DNA of 64,000 nt from Octopus vulgaris (lineage: Eukaryota): NCBI GenBank assembly GCA_951406725.2, contig OX597823.1, positions 41,850,001 through 41,914,000 on the forward strand, in the 5' to 3' direction. Of this stretch, positions 55,352-64,000 are shown piece by piece. The position numbers and the translations under genes were made by a program. Numbering within the stretch: the stretch's first letter is position 1; every line of letters begins with the position of its first letter. The notes beneath the pieces are model-generated. The model saw only the letters and a program-made list of their open reading frames with translations. It made no database searches and was not told where the DNA came from.

Positions 55352-55640
55352 ATATTTATTTATTTCGGAGGTGTACTTGCATAACAAGTGACCTGATCTG
55401 AGATCGTGTGCTGGAATGAAAACAATTGCTGTGTAGAAGACGTTTATAAGCCATTTAAGAAACACACAAAAACCGTTAGATTCACTTCAACATTTAAATT
55501 TAATTTGCCAAAATATTTTTGCCACTTTGAGACCGCAACCTTTTCACTGATAAAATTCCGTACTGCACGGAATTTGAAGTGAATCTAACAGTTTTTCTGT
55601 GTTTCTTAAATTGCTTATAAACACCTTCCACATTGCAATT
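55352..55640. mobile_element. Fold-back PLE pLTR-like element with a minus-strand hammerhead-like motif at 55504-55554
   Basis: ~67-bp inverted arms (55424-55490 and 55574-55640). Spacer on the minus strand reads TTTATCA-GTGAAAA-GGTTGC-GGTCTCAAA-GTGGC-AAAA-ATATTT-TGGCAAA, a decayed version of the layout at 31991. Confidence 0.6.
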
Positions 55641-55680
55641 ATATATATATATATAAACAAACACACACACACACACACGC

Positions 55681-55715
<35 letters not shown>

Positions 55716-55876
55716 TAAACACATACATATATATACACATACATATATACACATATAAATATACACGCACACACATATGTACATATATATGTATATATAC
55801 ATGCATACATACATACATACATACATACATTCACATATATATTTGGAAACACCTTAAAATTTCAAACAAATTTATT

Positions 55877-56197
55877 TTAATATGGGGTTGGACTGCCTTT
55901 GGCAGTAGTTATAGCTGGAATTCTATGAGGTATGGACTCATACGAAGTTTGAATTGTTTCCAAAGGAAGTTTTGTCCATTCTTCAGCTGAAACAGTCTCC
56001 AGTTCTTGTAGTGACAATGGTGGAGGATATCAACTCCTTACCTGTTTTTCTAAAATGCACCATAAATGTTCAATAATATTGAGATCTGGGGACTGTGGTG
56101 GCCAGATAAGATGTTCAACTCTACTAAAATGTTCCACATGCCATTCAGTAACAATTTGAGCTGTGTGAATTGGTGTATTATCATCCTGAAAGATTGG
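55877..56197 (-). pseudogene. Tc1-like transposase C-terminal half with DD36E spacing
   Basis: PIFQDDNTPIHTAQIVTEWHVEHFSRVEHLIWPPQSPDLNIIEHLWCILEKQVRS*YPPPLSLQELE..EEWTKLP...YESIPHRI.A...AKGSPTPY*. There are 36 residues between the D of DN and the catalytic E. Confidence 0.9.
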
Positions 56198-56299
56198 AAG
56201 ATACAAAACATGAGAATTTTTCAGTCCTTATAGTTCACCTCCAGCAAGGACTAAATTTCTCATCACAAAAAAATTGGTCCGACAAAGAGACTTAAAAAT

Positions 56300-56525
56300 T
56301 CTTTCTACTATACTTGCAAAGCCTGAAATTTTAGCAGGAGTGGGTAAATTGATGTCAACTACATCATCCCTAGCGCTTGGCAAGTACTACTGTATTTTAC
56401 TGAGCCTGAAAGGATGAAAGGTAATGTTGACTTCAGTGAAATTTGAACACAGAATGCCAAGAGCTGGAAGGGAAACAGCTAGGCATTTTGTCCAACATGC
56501 TAACAATTCTACAAGCTCACCACAT
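56300..56525 (-). mobile_element. SINE family B copy
   Basis: CTGAAAGGATGAAAGG...GAAATTTGAACACAGAA...CAAGCTCACC. Confidence 0.75.
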
Positions 56526-57269
56526 ACTAATACCTTTAAAATGTATATAAATGTATATATATGAATTGTGAGTTGTGACTTCCACATAACTGGATGCTCT
56601 CATACTCTATACATACAGTTACATGTATGTGTGTACTTGCATATACACAAACATAAACATACACATGCACAAACACGTGCATGCGCGCACACACACACAC
56701 ACACCCCTCTGAAAGGTATTTCTACTATGTCAGGTTTCTGTTGTGTGTTATAAGCAGTAGGTGTGTGATATTGGTTTTTCTAAAATTTCAGATTAATTTA
56801 AGTTCTGAGAACCTGCTTAATAACGAGAAAGTTATTTTACTAAATTCTTCATTTTCCTTAATTGATTGAAACGAAGGCAGTGTATTTCAAAAGGATAATT
56901 TCTTTTGAAATACATTGCCAGCCTTTGTGTAATAAACGGGTTAAAGAAAATAAATGTTTAAATAATGCAAGTCAGTGTCACTAGGATTAATGTAATACAG
57001 TTTAATCTTTCTCTCTTTGTCACACCCAGACATATTTATACATAAATGTATATTTATGCGGTGCATCAGCATGGCCGCAGCTCTGAGCTGAAACTAGAAA
57101 AAAAAATATGAATAGGGTTGAGCATTTGTGTGTAATATACACATGTATAGATACATTCATTCATAAATATACATACACACACACATATATATACATACAC
57201 TCACATACATACATATATATAATTATATATATACATATATATATATAATTATATATACTTATATATACA

Positions 57270-57300
<31 letters not shown>

Positions 57301-57559
57301 GTACACATACACACATAATTAACATTGTATATACTGTTTAACATGCTGGCATGCGTTGGACAAGTGTTTCTAAGGTAGAGTTTACTCTTCCAGTCACATC
57401 CTTTTTAAATGCCTTTTTACAACACATAGGGACACCCAGTCTACCTATTCTAAAATCCAGATACACACACATACACACTCATTTACACTCACAAACACTC
57501 ATACACATTGAAAATAGAACAGAAAGTTTAGTGAAGTCTTTGTGAGAAATCTTTGTTAA

Positions 57560-58000
57560 AAATGGAATGTTCACGTATTCAGCAACCATCTTGAAAGTTT
57601 TTCATATTATCTTTTATATTTGTTGATAGTTTCCATATTTTCATAATGATTCTTGATATAATGGACCAAATAACCTATATGTAAATTTGCATAGACTGGA
57701 GGTTACTGCAGTTCCCATTGTGGTTCCAGATTTTTGTCGGTAATAGTTAACATCAAAAAGGAAATAGTGATTTTGGAGAATACATTTTCTTCTGATTACT
57801 AACTTTTTTTCAGTCTATATGTTTTGGTAATTCATCTGTGAAATTTTGCAACCAGAATCTTATAGTTTCTGTTCCATAGTCATGAAAGATATTAGTATAT
57901 AAATTTATTATACCAATAAATAGAGTTATCATTGAGTTTCTTAAATTTTATTTATACTTTACTGTTTTTATTTTTGAAAAGTAATTCCACATATCTTGAT
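57560..58000 (-). pseudogene. Penelope-like element reverse transcriptase relic
   Basis: INLYTNIFHDYGTETIRFWLQ...CILQNHYFLFDVNYYRQKSGTTMGT...PVYANLHIGYL matches the PLE RT motifs LYTNI.H..G and NNYF.F...YY.Q..GTAMG...AP.YANL.MG. Confidence 0.85.
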
Positions 58001-58186
58001 CATCTTTTATAAAGCTGTATAATGCACTTTTACATACATGATGGGCTTCTATCAGTTTCTTTCTACTAAATTTCTTCACAAGGCTTTGGTTGGCCTGGAT
58101 CCATAGTAGAAAGACATTTGCCCAAGGTGTTACGCAGTAGGACTGATCTCAAAACCATGTAGTTGGGAAGCAAACATCTGAACCAT

Positions 58187-58356
58187 GCCGCTACACCTCT
58201 GCCTATGACCATGCATGTGCCTGTAGTTACACTTGCACCAGTAAGCTTACACCTGCACCAACAAATAACACCTTTGCCTATAGCCTACACTGCACCTATA
58301 AGCCACACCAGCACTCTAACCTATAGCTGTGCCTATAGTCATACCTGTTCTATAGG
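58187..58356 (+). repeat. Degenerate 18-19-bp minisatellite adjoining a family A SINE head
   Basis: Units such as AGCTTACACCTGCACCAAC, AGCCTACACTGCACCTATA and AGCCACACCAGCACTCTA. Confidence 0.65.
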
Positions 58357-58854
58357 AGGAATTACAACTGTGTTTCATGGTCTGCTACCACAACAGCTCC
58401 TTTATTGGATCCAGTTAGCTCAAGACATCATCAGGAGGAACCACGTCCAGTTTCGGCCCCTATTCCTCTACCGTTCTGATGTGGCAGCCCCACCACTTTC
58501 ACTAAGCATTTTACTCACACCTTTCTAACAAAAAAAACAAATTCTTTCATATGAAACAAGAAATTCATCAATTTCCTTTTTTTTCAAATAATTCTTCAGA
58601 GTCATAATTTTCTATAGCATCCTGATATATCATTCTCAATTTTATTATAAATAATTATTTCCTGGAAAATCTCTGAACATTTGGGCTAGATTTTAGTCCT
58701 TTACAGTATTTTTGATATTTGTTTTGGCATATTTGATATTTGTTACTGTTGGTTTCTAATATTTGTTGGGTTCTAATTAGATTTTCTGTTCCTTTTATGC
58801 AATCTAAACTTGTCTTGGCTTGACTAGTCGATAATTTGAGGCCTATATATCTAT

Positions 58855-59065
58855 ACTCTTTTACACTTTTACTTGTTTCAGTCATTTGACTGTTGCCATG
58901 CTGGAGCACCGCCTTTTAGTCGAGCAAATCGACCCCAGGACTTATTCTTTGTAAGCCTAGTACTTATTCTATCAGTCTCTTTTGCCGAACCACTAAGTTA
59001 CAGGAACGTAAACACACAAGCATTGGTTGTCAAGCAATGTTGGGGGGACAAACACACACACACAA

Positions 59066-59129
<64 letters not shown>

Positions 59130-59311
59130 TATATATATACATATATACAACACGCCTCTTTCAGTTTCCGTTTACCAAATCCACTCACAAGGCTTTGGTC
59201 GGCCTGATGCTATGGTAGAAGACACTTGCCCAAGTTGCCACGCTGTGGGACTGAACCCAGAACCATGTGGCTGGTAAGCAAGCTACTTACCACACACCCA
59301 CTCCTACGCCT
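58855..59311 (-). mobile_element. SINE family A, full-length copy
   Basis: Highly similar to 3700-4108. Confidence 0.92.
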
Positions 59312-59425
59312 ATATATATATATATATATATACATATATATACATACACACATAGATTTATTTATGAATTTGAGGCTTACATATATTTATGGATTTATAT
59401 ATGGATTTGAGGCCTACATACATGC

Positions 59426-59456
<31 letters not shown>

Positions 59457-59479
59457 AATATATACACACACACAAATAT

Positions 59480-59529
<50 letters not shown>

Positions 59530-61606
59530 ATGTTTCATGCTTGCATCCATCAGATGGAGTTTGCTGAGGCAGATTTTCTATGGCCAAATGGTCTTTCTGT
59601 TACTAACTGCCATCCGTTTCCAAGCCAGTTAATACTTCCCTATGGCCAGACATGTTTCCACAGAATATTGGAAATGAATGATACCACTTGCATTATTGTA
59701 GCGCACATTTACAATTATCAAACTAATTATCATGACAAGGAGACACAGGCACACACACACGTGTACACACATATACATGCATACATATGCAGAATGCTCT
59801 TCTTTTAGTTTCCATCTATCAAATCCGTTCAGAAGACTTTGGTCAGTTGGGGGCTATAGTATAAATCATTTGTCTATTGTACTGTGAAATGAAACTGAAC
59901 CCAAGACCATACAGTCTGAAAACAAACTGTTTAATCATACAGCCACATGAATTGATCATATAATTGCTCAGCAACCAAGCCTAACTCTCATTAATAACTT
60001 AATACCTTGCTGTCTTTTTAAATATTCTCTCATCAGGGTCTTCAACTTATTACTTACATATGAATTTACTGATGTTTAGAAGATAATTAATGAATTACAC
60101 ATCACATGGACAGGACTTTGGTTTACTAGGGTAGCTTTTTTGTGTAAATTAGAAAACAATTTCTGTGTATAAGGAATACTTCTTCTAAGACATGATATAT
60201 TGGAGTTCCTGGTGCATTCAAATTTAGGTGAAAGTGAAAGTGAGCTGAATATTGTTTCGTTTTTGTATTTTTGGTGTTTTTTTCTAGGGTTTTTTTCCTC
60301 ATGCTTAGTTCAGATTTGCTGAGAAATTTGAAATTTATCTTTTCCTTTCAAAAATAAATTGTAGGGTGGGGTTGAAGTGGGGGAGAGAATTTTTAAAAAA
60401 ATTAGAATAATGATGGGTTTAAATAATTCTGTATGTATGTAGAATAGCAGGGGTAGGAGTGAGTGAATGATAGAGAGAAAGAGTGTAAAGTAGAATGATA
60501 TATGAGGAATTAAAAGAATAGATGAGAAAAACATATAAATGAATGAAATAGATTTAAAAGAAAAAACTGGAATTAAAAGAAAGAAAAATATTAGGAAGGA
60601 ATGAAAGAAAGAAAGGAAGGAATGAAATAGAAGAGATTGAGAATGACTCTTTCTTTTTTTTTGTTATTCAGAATTGAAGAGATCCTATTTATGGAATATA
60701 ATAAAATGAGAGAAGAAAAAATAATTTGAAATGTGAGTGTATGTATGTCTGTATACTTATATGTATTTGCATATGCATTTGTGTATGTTTACATTAAAGG
60801 CAGGAAAATTGAAGTGGGGAAAATGTGCCTGTGTTTGCATATGCACAAACACATATATGCATATATATATATATATATGCACATGCACATGCATATGAAG
60901 ATAGAAAAGAAGAGAATAGAATGCGATTAAAATACAAGAGTAGGATGAAAGATTAAGAAACAAGAGAAGGGAGACAGGGAGAGATTAAGTGGAGCGGTAG
61001 AGAGAGAGAGAGATGAAAAAGAAAAAAAGTGAGATATACAATAGCTACTTTTAGAAACTCAGTGTTACCTGACATCTCTGTCTCACTATCTCTCTCTCTC
61101 TCTCTCTCACACACATATGCACACACACATAATATTTATACATGTGTGTGCATGTAATATTATATTCAGGGGAACACAAAAGAAAGCATGTGGATAGGCA
61201 GATAAAGCTAGAGAAGAGAACCTAAGGAAGATGTTGGAGTGACTTGGTGTCGGTTGGCAGCAGAAGCAGGAACAAGGGACAGAGACAAAAATATTGAGTG
61301 AAAATTCTTGACATAAGCAAATATTATTCTGTGTCTGTCAAAACTGGAACCAATATCTGAAAATAATTTTGAATACGTTCTTTAATGGTATAACAATAAA
61401 AACATGAATATATATATATACATATGTGTATGTGTGTGCGTGTGTGTGTGTGTGTGTGTGTGAGTGAGAGTACACATAAACTCACATACACATTACACAC
61501 AAGAAAAAAAAAGATATAGTTCTTGAAACTAAGAATAATATCTATAAATTGCTAATATTAATAAAATATTTTGCTAGGATAATAGCAACAATATTAATGT
61601 GCGTGC

Positions 61607-61644
<38 letters not shown>

Positions 61645-62089
61645 ACGTGCACATGTGTGTAATTTTTGCAATATGCAATATTGACTTTTCTGAAATTTAG
61701 TTGAAAAATATTACTTTTCCTATTTTTTTAACAGAAACTGGTTTTCTTATTAACACGATTATATCAACGTAAGCTAGACGTATTTATTAATAATCTAACC
61801 AGGTTGCACAGAATGTAGAAGAAAAAACAACACACAAAAAAATAACAATTTGATGTGGAAAAAATGTCAATATGTCTGACATTGTTTGTTGTCTTTCAGA
61901 CGGTCTTTAGCAGAATGATATGGAATTATTTGATACAATACCAGTTCGGTAGTATAGTAGCATTGCTGTGGACATTTTGTGTAGTACTTCTTTGTGGTAT
62001 TCTACTATAGCTAATTGAGTTATATGGGCATATCTTAAGCCTTTTATATGATATTGGTCATGTTACTATTTTTAATCTTTTGGTCTTAT

Positions 62090-62325
62090 TGTCTTTTACC
62101 TGTGTCAGGTATTGCAACTGCAGCCATGCTGGGGCATTGCCTTGAAAGTTTTTGAGTCAAACAAATTGACCCCTCAACATATATTTTTAAATATACTTAC
62201 ACTACTGGTCTCTTTAGTTGAACCGCTAAGTTACAAAATTGTAACTAGTTGTCAAACAGTAGAATGGGGATAAACACAGACACAAAACACATAGATATAT
62301 ACATACATGCACAAACACACTCATA

Positions 62326-62366
<41 letters not shown>

Positions 62367-63440
62367 TATATATAAGAGGCTTCTTTTAGTTTCCCTCTAC
62401 CAAATCCACTTACAAGGATTTGGTGGGCCCAAAGCTATAGTAGAAGACACTTGCCCAAGGTGCCATGCAATGGAACTGGATCCTGAACCATTGAGAAACA
62501 AAACAATTGATGCCTGAAGTTGATTTTTTTAGAGTCTGGTTCTTATTCTGTCAGTCTCTTTTGATGAATTACTCAAGTTAAAATGAGATAAACAAACCAA
62601 CACCAGTTGTCAAGCAGTGGGTGGGGGGTGACAAAAACAAAGACAGATCCACATCTGCAATGGACTTCTACACAGTTTCTATATACTAAACTCACTCAAT
62701 AATATCGGTTGGCCAAGAGCTATGAGTACAAGGCACTTGCCTAGAATAGGATTGAATCTAAAGCCACATGGTTGCAAAGCAAGCTTCTTAGGTGCACAGC
62801 CAAGTTACACTGCCAAAACCACATCTAGAGATTTAAATGCAAGTTGCAAGACACATTCTAATGCATATAAATTGAAGGCTCATGGCCTTATAGTTAGGAT
62901 GTTAACTTCAGAACTGTAGAGTCATAGGTTCAAATACTAGGCCAGGTAGTACATTGTGTTCTTCATCGAGACACTTCATTTCACACTGCTCCAGTGTACT
63001 TAGCTAATGATGAGTCCCAACTGACTGCTCGGACAGCTCTCTCTCTCTCTCTCTCTTCCTCTTCTGGTTGTCACATCCTTGATGTTTCACTGCGCCAAGG
63101 GTTGGGAGGCAGAGAAGGTATCCAGGTGTACATGTGACTAAATAAACCCCTAAAACAATGAGCAAAATCATGATACATGTTATCACATCCACCACACTTT
63201 GTAACAGATCAACAAGCTTACATTTAAACTGCATATCAATGTGTTATAGAAACTAACTAGATCTGGACTATCATGGGACTACAACAATGGAGTGGTTAAG
63301 AAGCTCACTTTACAACCACAGGGTTTCGGGATCAGTTCCACTCTTTTGCACCTAAAGTAAGTGACTTCTTCTACCGTCTAAGGCAGACCAGTAACTTGTG
63401 AGTGGATTTGGTTGGCTGAAACCTTGTTGAAGCCCATCAT
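62090..63440. mobile_element. Cluster of family A SINEs plus the CORE-like SINE
   Basis: Family A blocks at ~62090-62490 (-), 62530-62810 (-) and 63285-63440 (+); third SINE type at ~62874-63020. Confidence 0.75.
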
Positions 63441-63448
63441 ATATATAT

Positions 63449-63490
<42 letters not shown>

Positions 63491-64000
63491 TTGTATGTAT
63501 GTATATATATATATATACTATTATCATCATCATTTAACAACTGTGTTTTATGCTAGCATGGGCTGGATGGTTTGACAGGATACAATTAGTACAAGGACTT
63601 CATTGTACTCCAGTGTCTGTTTTAGCATGATTTCTAAGGCTGGAACCAAATACACTGCAGGACATAATGGGTGCTTTTATGCAGCACCCACCAGCCAACA
63701 GGTTTAGGATCACTCAGCTGAAGAGGAATGTAGGGGACATGCCGGTATGCAAGGACAACCACAAATTTGCTCAGCTTGACATGTCTTCTCAAGCATTGCA
63801 AACTGCCAGAATTAAGGATGATGGTTTAACTGATAAAATCGGTTAAGAATATTTTTACACTAGTTTAACATCATCAGACTGAGGGTCTGCATGCCAAGAC
63901 CCTTCACTTCCATTACTGGTTGCTTATATTTGGATCATGTTTAGCATTTGTTTTTCCATGACGAAGCCCAGGTCCCTTTCATGATGGTCATAGTCATGTT

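Noticed and set aside
63840-63910. Minus-strand CTGATGA next to an AGGGTCT/AGACCCT hairpin
   Set aside because: GAAA box and stem I are not recoverable without assuming several mutations, so it is not counted among the hammerheads.

Overview
AT-rich, microsatellite-saturated animal genomic DNA. The repeat families look like those of Octopus/coleoid cephalopods (inferred from sequence recognition, no database search). Almost all listed ORFs are artefacts of (TA)n, (CA)n and (TTA)n repeats. I can support only one host coding exon: a 180-nt, phase 1-1 Sushi/CCP-domain exon at 49843-50022 (+), so much of the window is probably intronic. The rest is transposon debris: two very abundant tRNA-headed SINE families, a ~550-bp element inserted in (TTA)n, RTE-type 3' ends, R4/Dong-type fragments in (TAA)n, a CR1/L2-type tail, two Tc1/mariner relics (DD37D and DD36E spacing), MITE-like foldbacks, and Penelope-like element (PLE) RT and GIY-YIG relics. 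The main unexpected signal is about ten minimal type I hammerhead-ribozyme-like motifs from several unrelated short elements. Most sit next to (TA)n, several lie in fold-back arrangements, and nearly all carry substitutions in the catalytic core. Repeat boundaries were read by eye and are approximate.
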